Source: Catajapyx aquilonaris (Eukaryota). From it: DNA of 34,629 nt. The translations under genes and the position numbers were made by a program. Position 1 is the first letter of the stretch; every line of letters begins with the position of its first letter. Positions 11,184 to 21,628 of this stretch are shown here, piece after piece. The stretch lies in NCBI GenBank assembly GCA_000934665.2, contig KZ539064.1, forward strand, positions 1 through 34,629, written 5' to 3'. Below the pieces are notes generated by a model. It ran no database searches. It was not told the DNA's origin and saw only the letters and a program-made list of their open reading frames with translations.

Positions 11184-12459
11184 CTTCTCTGCAGGAAGAC
11201 GAGGCCTGTGCACATCCACAACAATGTATTCAGATGCACATGAGAAGGCAGCGCAGTTGGTTCCCACACTCACCAGACAAGAAGAAGACTCTTCTCTTCA
11301 GGTCCAGTGGAGTAAGATGAGATAAGAGAAGGGGGGGAAAAAATAGATAAGATAAAGGAAAGTAAAGAGATGCAGACGTACCCAGAAATCGCCCAACATA
11401 TCCCTCCGAATTAAACAGATAGGGCATCCACCGATATCTAGGGAAATAATATTCGAACTGGTCAACTGGTTTAACAAGGAAGCTGCTCTTTGGAGGTTCA
11501 CAAACAGGCTATCAGCTTCCTCTGCCTTTCAGCTTAACCGCCAGTTATGCCACTTGATGGTAGCCAATCTCACTGCCGCCGTTTAAGGCCCCCACTTAAA
11601 TTATTATTAAAGAAAATGCTAATGACCAACCTTGGTAAAAAGGGTGCTGCTCATTGAACTTCTTCACAAGTTGTCCACAACACAAATGATGATGACAGTC
11701 AGTTTTACGACAAACCTAACCCTATTTCATTCATCACTAGGGTTCATACTTAAAATGCTCGTAGTGACATACGTATGTTCACAGGGTATATAGAGAGTTG
11801 GCAATTTTTGCGTCTCTGCCATGACCCTTCTTACCTCCCCTTCATTTGAACCCTTTTTCCCCTCCGGAGTAGTCATGCCAGGTCGGTGCCAGTTGGAAAA
11901 GACATGCAGCAGAGTCCACCCAATGCGCAAGGAGAAAATTCCACCACTCCTGCAAAATCTTACATTTATTTTGTTCCACACGTGTACAGAGAGAGGAGGG
12001 ATTCAATCAGCTGCAAGTACTCAGAAAAATCAAAAAACAGTTTGTTTGCATAGCAAGAATGACACTTACTGGACAAGTGAGCATTTCAGCACAGGTCAGA
12101 AAGCATCCAAGTCTTAACATCACATGATCTGTATGAAATACAAAGGCACGACAGTGGTACAACATTGAACGAGAAACTAACATTGGAATGAGCAATCAGA
12201 AGGGTTCGCACCTCGGTAATATGGTCGACATGCATTTGGTTTATATTTATTTATTCTGTAAAAGGGCTGCACAACTTTTGCTATTCGGGGAGATTGCACT
12301 TTGAGGTTATTACATCTGTGTGGTGCACAAGTGTTTTGTAGATGGGATACATTGTCACTCCATGTCCATAGAAATGACCCCAAGTATTGTATGGGAAGTC
12401 GCTCGAAGGAGATTATGCTCTTTGGGCAGAACCATTCATAATCAATCAATCAATATTAC

Positions 12460-15400
12460 CAGTGGTATTGGTTCCTTCTTCTTTGCACTAGATGTCTTGG
12501 TATCATGGGCAACAATTGCGTCCTCAAGGTCTCCCTGAATCTGTTCCTTCATCTTGATCCGAGCAACCTGTTTTGATTTCCTCACTCTTGCTGGCACCTC
12601 CACCTAAACATGAACGGATTTGGATGGAATAATATTGGGGTTTATTAAAATTCAAAAGGTATTGGTATGTTGAGGTGGGAAAATGCATATTTCCCAGCCA
12701 ATGCAAAGGTTGGGTTTCAGATGGGTCGCAGGGTAGGGAACAACGCATATGTGAATGCACGGAGGAACGGGTGGGGGTGGAGGTATGCATATGATTGGGG
12801 GATGGGCATCGTCACTGGCTACAAGTACGAAGCAATTAAAAATGTGGCGGGCACTGCAGCAGGCCGCAGGCCTAGAAAAAGCGAGCAAAGGCAGTGGATC
12901 TCTAAGCCTGCGCCATAGAAAAATGCGAGCGTTCTAGTAATGCATTTTAATCAGATAATGCCTAACAACCCTGTTGTGTGGAGCAGCGAATAAAAGTTTG
13001 TCCTGGAAGAACTAGTTGGTAAATTTTTATTCTCAAACCTCAGACTGACAAAGGAAGTTTGCGTCTTTGTGGCACTAGTCCTACGCAACCCGGAAAATGT
13101 TCATTACTGTGACAGAATTCCAAAGTTGCAGTTGCCCCATGTGGCGGGGCAAGTGCGTCACTGTGCAACACGTGCATATTTTAATTATTTTTAGCAGCAC
13201 CCACGTAGATGAATGTTGTACAATAGGTCATTTTGAAAGCCAATAAAAGGTAAGGTCCATTACTTTTGTGGTGGCATCCTGTTCTGTATTACAAGCATTA
13301 ATGATGAACAAGTTGCATTTAATTGTTATCAGAAACATTAGCTGCCAATGTTTGGTCAGATACGCACGTCCCTGGTTAATCTGGGAATGGGCATTTCCGA
13401 TGAGTCACTTGCTTACCCTTATTGTTTCATGACTTGTTCTCTCATCAGAGTCTTGCCTTAATTAGTACGTACCTGACTCTGGGCTGGTCGGACAAGGAGA
13501 CGGGGTCAGAGAGGCATCACCCAAGACCCCACTGTTGCTGTGCTCAATCCAAACTTCCTTGCAGTTCCAGGGATGCTGTGACGACATGTGGAATCACCAC
13601 ACTGGTAGGCCTCCAGCACTTTTTTCTTGAAATCCAGGGAGTAACGATATGACGTGCGGATTTTCAGTTCGCCTGAGTTTGGCTGCAGAAGAGGTGGAAA
13701 GCAAACATCTCGGTACATAACTGTACCTATCCAACATTGATCTCTTTCTTTCCGCAGCACTCAAGTATGAAGCAGATTTAGAAATTATTCTGAGTGACCT
13801 TGAGTGATGAGGCTTACCTTTGTCCCATTTTTTGACATCTTAAGAGCGTCTTCCTTTGGCTGGCAGTCATGGAGGTGAGGTCGCATGGTTTCCACCCAAC
13901 CCCTCAAAGAAGATCTGCTTACTCCAAACTTCTTTGCAGTTGCGGTTACATTGTGACGACATTTGGAGTGGTCAAACTCGAAGGCATCGAGCACCTTTTC
14001 CCTGAAGGCCAGAGAGTAGGGCAGAATGCAGCCGCTTGGCTTACTGGTTCTCGCTTCCCCAGAGGTTGGCTACAATAGATAGTTAGAAGCAGAGGAAATA
14101 TTACAACTTCAGTTGTCAGTTTGACGTCACTGCTCAAGGCATTGTTTCTTTGTTTTTACATGTCTTCCTGTTCATGACAGAAAATGAAACTTACCATTGG
14201 TTTTCGTCCCTTGTCCTTGGAACAGGATGGTTCGAGGTCTTCAGCAAGGATCGCGTCCTCACTGCCTCCCTGACGCTGTCCCTTCATCATAACCGGCGGA
14301 GCAACCAGTTCTGGCTTCCCTACTCTCGCTGGCTCCTCCACTAAACATGCAGGGATTTCACCCAAATTGGTAGGGACAAACGCAAGATTGGAATCACAAG
14401 GAGTCATGGAGTGTGCTCTTACATTTTGCAACCTTCCTTTTGAAACATCCCGAGATGGGTCTGAATGGTTGCCAGACCAGTTTCTCAATCCCTTCCCAAT
14501 AGAAAGGGGTGCCCGGTTGACAGCACCAGGCCACCAGTCACGCACTGCCTTCTTCACCTCATCGTCGCTTCGGAAATGCTGACCTGCCATGTCTGCTTTC
14601 AGGGCTCTGAATAAGTGATAGTCTGTGAGGGCTAGGTCGGGACTATAGGGTGGGTGAGGAAGAACTTCCCAGTCGTATCCATTCAGCAAAGCCATGGTGT
14701 CCCTCGATGTGTCCGGACGGGCGTTGTTGTGGAGAAGGATGACCCCAGCAGCGAGCAATCCTGGTCGTTTCCACCTGATGGCCTTCTGCAACTTCGCCAG
14801 GGTCACTGCATATCTCTCCGAATTGATAGTCGCGACAGGATTGCTCACTGCTGGGGTCATCCTTCTCCACGACAACGCCCGTTCGCACACATCGAGGGAC
14901 ACCATGGCTTTGCTGAATAGATACGACTGGGAAGGTCTTCCTCACCCACCCTGTAGTCCCGACCTAGCCCTCACAGACTATCACTTAATTCAGAGCCCTG
15001 AAAGCAGACATGGCAGGTCAGCATTTCCAAAGCGACGATGAGGTGAAGAAGGCTGCGTGACTGGTGCTGTCAACAGGGCACCCCTTTCTATTGGGAAGGG
15101 ATTGAGAAACTGGTCTGGCGATGGGATAAGTGCGTTCTTCGGGGTGGAAACTATGTAGAAAAGTACATGTCCATTGTCCTCATGTACCCTGTAAGTTTCG
15201 TCATTTGTGTTCACACAGAATAAACGTTACAGCCTTGGAGACCTTACTTTCTGATCACTCCTCGTATTAACATTCACTCATCATCACATTTTGAATGATA
15301 ATAATGACATGGACACACAGTATATCGAGTAGTGGCAATTTCTGTGTCTTTCTCATTAACTGCCCCTTACGTCCGAATGCGCTCTGTTCTCCTGTCCAAG

Positions 15401-15538
15401 CCAGTCTTCAATGAATTTGAATAAAGATTCTGCATCCCCTGGCAGGTCATCACCAACACCGCGGTTCAGGTTGGACTCTTCCTCCTCCTCCTTCTCTTGA
15501 TCCCCTCCTCCTTGACGTCTCTCCTCCACCTCCACCAT
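12460..15538 (-). pseudogene. Tandem paralogue copy 3, probable pseudogene (exons 15538-15371, partial ~14470-14423, 14340-14195, 14069-13818, 13682-13473, 12603-12460)
   Basis: Exons are homologous to copy 2, including two Brinker DBDs. It lacks the N-terminal finger. A mariner insertion with deletion removed the GVxSVRAAQPAAMET exon. The 146-nt linker exon is frameshifted. There is an in-frame TGA at 13506-13508. Confidence 0.78.
14471..15264. mobile_element. Rearranged mariner element: head-to-head inverted duplication of the 3' half of the transposase
   Basis: Transposase motifs TINSERY, KRPG, VILLHxNARP, LPHPPYSPDLA.TDYHLF. Arms 14471-14763 and 14836-15119 are reverse complements. The right end CCTTACTTTCTGATCACTCCTCG is followed by TA (15265-15266). 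The left end is missing. Confidence 0.92.
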
Positions 15539-15666
15539 GGTTACGTCGTCAGCCTCCTCCTCCTCTGGCAGCAAGAAGAATGAAGACTCCAAAACTAGGG
15601 AATAATGGAAAAAGATGAAGAGATGTCACAGTGTGTCGACCACGTGTCGACGGACGACGATGATCG

Positions 15667-15674
15667 TATCGATA
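15667..15674. promoter_or_regulatory. DRE (DREF-binding) core promoter motif upstream of copy 3
   Basis: Perfect TATCGATA ~130 bp upstream of the ATG at 15538, in the same gatcgtatcgat context as in the copy 1 promoter. Confidence 0.5.
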
Positions 15675-16509
15675 AACACTGACAATCATCGCCCATCTGT
15701 ATCGGTCTTTAGCCCCGCCCCCACCCCACCCCTTCCCGCGCTGTTGTCAGATGGCTCCAGGCGGTGTGGCCGTGACCGGGCACAGACACAGTGACTATTG
15801 TCTGACCAGAAGCTATAGAGAGTTGGTGGGTTTTTCCCATCAAGACAAAATCCCCCACGCCACCCCACCCCCTCGAAAATGCCCAACAATATATTAATCC
15901 GCAAAAGGGTTCGGAGAGATCAGTTTAAAAGGAGACGTTGCCAGACGTTGCCATAATGGGGAACTAGCCTTGGTCTGGGATTTGGGATATTTGTTCATAA
16001 CTAGCTAGCCCATGCCTGTAAACATACATTCCATCACTCTGTTGCATCAAAATGACATTACTGGATAAATTACGACACATTTAAAAGTGCCTTCAAAATT
16101 GGCGGGAAAAACGGGGCAGCCGGGTGGTGCCAATCGAAAGGGTACACTGAAATGCCTGGTTGACTGCGAGATATGAGGAATTTGACTTTGAATTAACCGC
16201 GGACACGACGGAAAGCATTCGCAAGGCGGCTGTAGGCCATCGAGGTGGAGAAGGGGGGGCCTTCATGTGCCGAATTCGGGTGACAGATAATTCCGACCTG
16301 GTGGCATCACTGCCATGTACAAAGCGGCTTGAGCGACCTGGAATAAATACGCGCCCCGGCCGCTATCTTGCTCACGGAATGGGACGGTTGCTAACAACAG
16401 CGAAGCATTTTACGACAATGACGGGGCGCGTTCTATAACATCATTTTTGCGTTCATTTCACTTCGCGTGACGTCAACATTTTCTAGGGAAACAGTGACGT
16501 CAGTCTCAG

Positions 16510-17498
16510 GAGATCAACCGTTACAAATAACTAGATTGGTCTGTTCAATAAGAACTGGGTCCCCATACATATATTACAATGGTTACAAAATACAATGGAC
16601 TAATGACAGTTGTTCATTATGTAACTACAATGAAGAATTCAACCTGCATCATCTTCTATACACATGTCCTTTCTTTATAGCACAACGAAGTATACTAGAG
16701 GATATGCCACGTTTCCCCCCGAATAAAACACATCAGATAACAAATAACTTGCACTCATCAAGCCTATATACATTGGAAACTATTTTTAGCACAGTAATCC
16801 GTAAACTGAGGTTTTGTGATATTACGCTTTAAAGGGACTCTCCACTCAAAATACAAGTTGGGTTCTAAAAATCGGGCAAAACAATACGATTCCAACGACA
16901 CCAATAATTATTTTTTCCGATGAACGATGACCCCAGGGGAACCGGATCATTATGCGCATTTTGGCGATACGGTTGCAACCGTATGCTACTGTACACGACA
17001 CCCTCGCCGCCTGGCGGCAGAAATGGGAAATAGGGGCGATTCTGGCTCTGCCCGCGGCAGTTGCTTGTTGAGAATCGCATCTGGTTCCGCCCGGTTCCAC
17101 TCTGGTGGCGTCGCCACCTGCGCCAAGCCCTTTGAGCGCGGTTTTCGAACGACACACTTCCAGCCTTCGCCCTGGCCGTACCGTTCGTCTCTCAGAAAAA
17201 CTGCTTATACCCTCGGAATCAAGATTTTTTGCCCGATTTTTAGAACCCAACTTGTATTTTGAGTGGAGTGTCCCTTTAAGCTCTCTTTCTTCTCTCTCCC
17301 CCCCCCCCTTTTCCTATTGTTTAGTATATGCGATTTTTTTTGTTTAATGAACACCCCATACTACTACAGGGAGTACAATATTATGTACCATATGCAAGTG
17401 TAATGTATTTAATGTAAACATTGCGGGGACTCCCCCCTTATGTAAAGGCGGAAGCCTACCAGGGGAAAAGAAATAAACTAAACTAAACTAAACTAAAC
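16510..17498 (+). mobile_element. 5'-truncated non-LTR retrotransposon (LINE): ORF2 C-terminus, 3' UTR and (TAAAC)5 tail
   Basis: SIRTG...CSLCNYNEEFNLHHLLYTCP is the CCHC motif typical of LINE ORF2 ends. Stop at 16830-16832, AATAAA at 17472, tail at 17474-17498. The 5' boundary is approximate. Confidence 0.8.
16833..17275. mobile_element. MITE with TTAA target duplication (Kolobok/T2-like), nested in the LINE
   Basis: ~49-bp TIR agggactctccactcaaaatacaagttgggttctaaaaatcgggcaaaa. TTAA at 16829-16832 and 17276-17279. AGG...CCT termini. Confidence 0.9.
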
Positions 17499-20208
17499 AT
17501 GATGAGCTAACATCTGGTACGGGATCTGGAGGGTGGCCGGTGTCTGGAGGGATTGGTGCGAGCTCGTCCATATCAGCTTGTTCATTTCCTCCAGCTGAGG
17601 CCCGGCATCTGATATGGTCTGCATGACGGCGCCTACTGACCCCGTCTACATCAACTCGATAGGATAACTCCCCAGTCCTCTCCCGCACACTCCCTGCTGT
17701 CCATCCTTTTTCCATTGGGTTCTTGACCCAGACGTCGTCTCCTATCCCAAACTCTCTGCTCTTGGTGATGGCCCGATCGTGTTGGTTCTTATTGTACCAC
17801 GCCGTGGCAACCATGGTGCGGATTGGGTTTGGCCGCATACGGTCAAGGGCAGTGAGTAATCTCCTCCCAATCAGTAGCTCCGATGGCGGTCGCCCGGTAG
17901 CCTTTGATGGTGTATTGCGGTGCATGAGGAGGAAGCGACAAAGCTGCTGGTGCCACTTGCCAGGACTGATGCCTGCGGCATCCATGTGCATTTTTAGGGT
18001 TTGTACAAAGCGTTCAGCGAGTCCGTTCGTTTTGGGATGGTAAGGGGACCCGTGTATCAGTTGCACATTGTTTCTAGCACAGAATCGTTGGCAGGTTTCA
18101 CTGGTAAATTGGGTGCCGTTATCACATACCAGCTGCAGGGGAACCCCGTGTTGACTGAATACCTCTCTAAGTTGTTCTATGGTGTTCTCTGCTGTAATAC
18201 TATGCATGCGTTTCACCTCAGCCCACTTGGAATACGCATCCACGATCGCCAACCAGTGTGCTCCTTGATAAGGTCCGGCAAAGTCCATGTGTACGCGTTC
18301 CCACGGTCCGTCAGGTGTAGTCCATGGATACAGGGGAAGTTCCGGAGCAGATGGCCTGGAGGCTTGGCAAGACTCGCAGCGGCGTACGTGGTCTTCTATG
18401 TGTTGGTCCACGTTCGGCCACCAGACTGTTTGTCGCGCTATGGCTTTCATGGCCTCCATGCCCGGGTGCCCTCGATGAAGATGCTCGAGTACCTCGGATT
18501 GCAGGGGACTCGGGATGACCATGCGATTGCCCCAGAGAAGAACGTCAGCTTCGTAGGAAAGTTCTTGACGTCTCGTCGCGTAAGCTCTGTATTCTGCTGG
18601 TATGTCGGTGGGCCATTTGGACTCGATCCAACGACGTACCTGTTGGATGTGGGCATTCCTGCGCGATAAGGTAACGAGACGCTTTTCCGACAGGTAGGGA
18701 TCTCCGGCCATCCTCCCTGCGATACGACGCATGTTGACCACGGGAACAAGGTCTTCGGATGTTACGGGTAGACGTGACAGTGCGTCGGCTATGGCATTTT
18801 CTACCCCCGGCCTGTATTTGATGTCGAAGCTGTATTCCTTGAGCAACCATTCCCAACGCACGAGCCTATCATTTGCGATCTTGTTCAGGTCGGATGTCGC
18901 TCCATTGAAGATGCGCTCTAGTGGCTTGTGGTCGGTGATCAGGGTGAAGCGGCGTCCGTAAAGATACTGCCGAAATTTGCGGACTCCGTAGATGACAGCT
19001 AGAGCTTCTCTGTCTATAGGAGCATAGCGAAGTTCCGAGGTGGAGAGTTTCTTGGACCCATAGGCGATGGGACGACGAGTTCCGTCTGACTGATCCTGCA
19101 TGAGGACTGCGCCGAGACCCGTGGCTGAGGCGTCAGTTTCGAGAAACAAAGGCATGGACTCATCATACATGGAGAGAACGGCTGCGTTAGCTATGAGTTC
19201 CTTGACGGCATGAAATTGGCGTGCCTCTACCTCACTCCATCTCCACTTCTGACTGCGTCCAGCCAGAAGATGTAGCTGATCACATATCCCGTGTAAACCC
19301 GGCAGAAACTGGTCGTGAAATCCGACCGAGCCCAAGAACGACCTAAGTTCCTCCTGATTCTGTGGCTCAGGAAGATTAAGTATGGCGTCCACTTTCTGGG
19401 TCGATGGCTCGATACCAGTGGCTGAGATAGTTCGGTCCAGAAACTCCACCGATGACTGGAGAAACCTACACTTATCGCGGCTGACTTTAATCCCCGCATC
19501 GGCCAGTCTTTGGAGTACTGTGCGCAAGTTGACGAGATGCTCTTCGAGAGTTCTGCCCGACACTATTATGTCGTCTTGATAAACTGCTGTCATGGAGATC
19601 CCTCTCAGCAGCTCAGACGAGTACCTTTGGAATTCAGCGGCCGCTGTCTCCAACCCGAAAGTCATTCTCGTGTAGCGGTAGAAACCTTCTGGAGTGGTTA
19701 TGGTAAGGTAGTTGCGAGATTCCTCATCGACTGGTAAGGTAAGATAGGCGTCCTTGACATCGATGACCGAGAAAGCCTTACCGCCCGCCATGGGTGCAGT
19801 GATGTCCTCGAAGCGAGGTATCGCGTGTTGGTCGAGGACCATGGCCGGATTGATGGTCTTACTGAAATCTCCGCAAATGCGTATGGATCCGTTCTTTTTT
19901 CGGACGATGACAATAGGCGTGGCCCAGTCAATGCGGGTGTGGCGAGGATCAACCTGTTCAAGGACTCCCTCGTTGACCAGCCGCCGTAATTCCTCCTTAA
20001 GGGGTGACCGCAACGGGAAGGACACACGTCGATGCTCTAGCTTGCGCGGCATGGCATCCGGGCGGAGCTTGATACGGACGGTGCGGTCATTGATGATCCC
20101 AATGCTGTTTTGAAAGAGGACGTCGAAGTCGTCTAGGAGCGTTCTCACCTCGTTCGTCTTGATCCGGAGTGACCCTCTTGATGCGAACTCCTGAGGGCAT
20201 GGGCACAT
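17488..20208 (-). CDS. pol: Pol: reverse transcriptase, RNase H, integrase
   Basis: RT motifs WATPIVIV.KKNG.IRICGDF, MTFGL, YQDD. RNase H motifs ETDAS..GLGAVL, REALA, TDHKPL. Integrase H-H-CESC, HMDFAGP, DNGTQF, NGLAER. The stop codon is supplied by the LINE tail. Confidence 0.96.
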   Translation of the reverse strand: MCPCPQEFASRGSLRIKTNEVRTLLDDFDVLFQNSIGIINDRTVRIKLRPDAMPRKLEHRRVSFPLRSPLKEELRRLVNEGVLEQVDPRHTRIDWATPIVIVRKKNGSIRICGDFSKTINPAMVLDQHAIPRFEDITAPMAGGKAFSVIDVKDAYLTLPVDEESRNYLTITTPEGFYRYTRMTFGLETAAAEFQRYSSELLRGISMTAVYQDDIIVSGRTLEEHLVNLRTVLQRLADAGIKVSRDKCRFLQSSVEFLDRTISATGIEPSTQKVDAILNLPEPQNQEELRSFLGSVGFHDQFLPGLHGICDQLHLLAGRSQKWRWSEVEARQFHAVKELIANAAVLSMYDESMPLFLETDASATGLGAVLMQDQSDGTRRPIAYGSKKLSTSELRYAPIDREALAVIYGVRKFRQYLYGRRFTLITDHKPLERIFNGATSDLNKIANDRLVRWEWLLKEYSFDIKYRPGVENAIADALSRLPVTSEDLVPVVNMRRIAGRMAGDPYLSEKRLVTLSRRNAHIQQVRRWIESKWPTDIPAEYRAYATRRQELSYEADVLLWGNRMVIPSPLQSEVLEHLHRGHPGMEAMKAIARQTVWWPNVDQHIEDHVRRCESCQASRPSAPELPLYPWTTPDGPWERVHMDFAGPYQGAHWLAIVDAYSKWAEVKRMHSITAENTIEQLREVFSQHGVPLQLVCDNGTQFTSETCQRFCARNNVQLIHGSPYHPKTNGLAERFVQTLKMHMDAAGISPGKWHQQLCRFLLMHRNTPSKATGRPPSELLIGRRLLTALDRMRPNPIRTMVATAWYNKNQHDRAITKSREFGIGDDVWVKNPMEKGWTAGSVRERTGELSYRVDVDGVSRRRHADHIRCRASAGGNEQADMDELAPIPPDTGHPPDPVPDVSSSCLV

Positions 20209-21490
20209 CGAATGCTTTCATCCACTGCAGACTGAAAGCGTCGTCATCGTCTACCACCGTGATGGGAAGGCATTTTTTACGACCATTCCATTCGACATCG
20301 GCGTCAAACTGCTCGACGGTGTTCAGAGGCCGGTGCCCATAGCCGGTGAGAGTGGCCACAGGAGTGAGAGGAGGTTCACCCAAATAGCGCCACTTCTGAG
20401 TACTGATGACCGTATGCGAAGCAGCCGTGTCCCATTCCATCTTGCAGACACGCCCGTTGATGGTGCACTTGGTCATGGCTCGCCCAGCGCCTACCTTCGT
20501 GACAGTGTGAACTCTGGTTCGACCAGTACCGACCTTCTTGACCGGGTGGAATACTTCAGGCTCGCTGTCTGATGACTCAGCGGTGTCATTGTCATTCACT
20601 TTCTTGACCTGTTTTCTGGTGGATGTTCTTGCAGGGGATGCCGGGTTTTTTGACTTGGTGGAGAGACATACGGAGGCGTAGTGCCCTGTTTTTCCGCATT
20701 TGTGACAAACGGCGTTGGAAGCAGGACACTCCCTGCGACGGTGATTTGCTTCACCACACCAGATGCAATTTTTGTTATCATCTAAACTTCTGACCTTGTC
20801 CCTTTGACGGAGTTTGATCTTGGACACAGTGGCTGGAGCCTCAGTCGACATCTCCCTCTGGTCAAGCTCCATCTGCAACGCCAGGTCCGCCAGAGTGGTG
20901 AAGTCTCGCTGCTTACTCTCACCCGTGTCCGTGCGTTTGCAGGAGGATGGCCAGCGCTGACGAGCTTCAAGAGCGAATTTGCCGAACTTGACCCCCGACC
21001 AGAAGCGCTCGCGTAGTACCAGGGACATGTCCTCCTGTGTGTAGAAAGGACATTGGCAGACGAGTTGGCGAAGGCGGTCAATGTAGGTGGCGATGGTCTC
21101 GTTCGGGCGGCGATCCGCCCTCCAGAACTCGTCCCAGGCCCCGAATGGAGTTTGAGCTGGTCTAAACGCTTCCCGGCACGTTTTGATGAGCTGCTCATAC
21201 TGCACTTGACGTAAAGGAGTGGGGTTGAGTCTTCTCTGTAGCACAGCAGTGTTTTCTCCTCCCACATACGCGATGATGAGCGCGCGACGTGCGTTGGCAG
21301 AGTCCTCGTCTTCACCATCGAGTCCTAACACTTCGAACCGAGCTAGGAGAACTGTCTCATAATTTTCCCAGGGTGTCTTGGGATCATAAGCGTATATTGT
21401 GAAACGCTCCTTGCCCCGCTGCACTTGTGCGGCCCGTGCGGCCCGTGCTGCAACCGCAGCTACAGCATCGGCCTCTTCCTGATTGTTCAT
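20087..21490 (-). CDS. gag: Gag plus aspartic protease
   Basis: Twin knuckles CIWCGEANHRRREC and CHKCGKTGHYASVC; protease active site MEWDTAASHTVI. Confidence 0.93.
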   Translation of the reverse strand: MNNQEEADAVAAVAARAARAAQVQRGKERFTIYAYDPKTPWENYETVLLARFEVLGLDGEDEDSANARRALIIAYVGGENTAVLQRRLNPTPLRQVQYEQLIKTCREAFRPAQTPFGAWDEFWRADRRPNETIATYIDRLRQLVCQCPFYTQEDMSLVLRERFWSGVKFGKFALEARQRWPSSCKRTDTGESKQRDFTTLADLALQMELDQREMSTEAPATVSKIKLRQRDKVRSLDDNKNCIWCGEANHRRRECPASNAVCHKCGKTGHYASVCLSTKSKNPASPARTSTRKQVKKVNDNDTAESSDSEPEVFHPVKKVGTGRTRVHTVTKVGAGRAMTKCTINGRVCKMEWDTAASHTVISTQKWRYLGEPPLTPVATLTGYGHRPLNTVEQFDADVEWNGRKKCLPITVVDDDDAFSLQWMKAFDVPMPSGVRIKRVTPDQDERGENAPRRLRRPLSKQHWDHQ

Positions 21491-21628
21491 CTCACTGTCG
21501 TCAGGTGGTGATTCGCAGTCCAGAAGAGAGTGAGAGTGTCATCTAGCGGGCACTATCAGAACTGCTGAAGCCCACAATGGTCGCTGCGAGTACTAGGCCT
21601 AGCGCGTGTCGAATGCTGGGCCCCGCTC

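Noticed and set aside
16095..16503. E2F-like GGCGGGAAAA and two TGACGTCA (CRE) sites
   Set aside because: Short motifs are expected by chance or within repeats; no linked transcript can be shown.
17723..21318. Antisense and alternative-frame ORFs over gag-pol (for example 18001-18669 and 20782-21318)
   Set aside because: Shadow ORFs of a GC-rich coding region.
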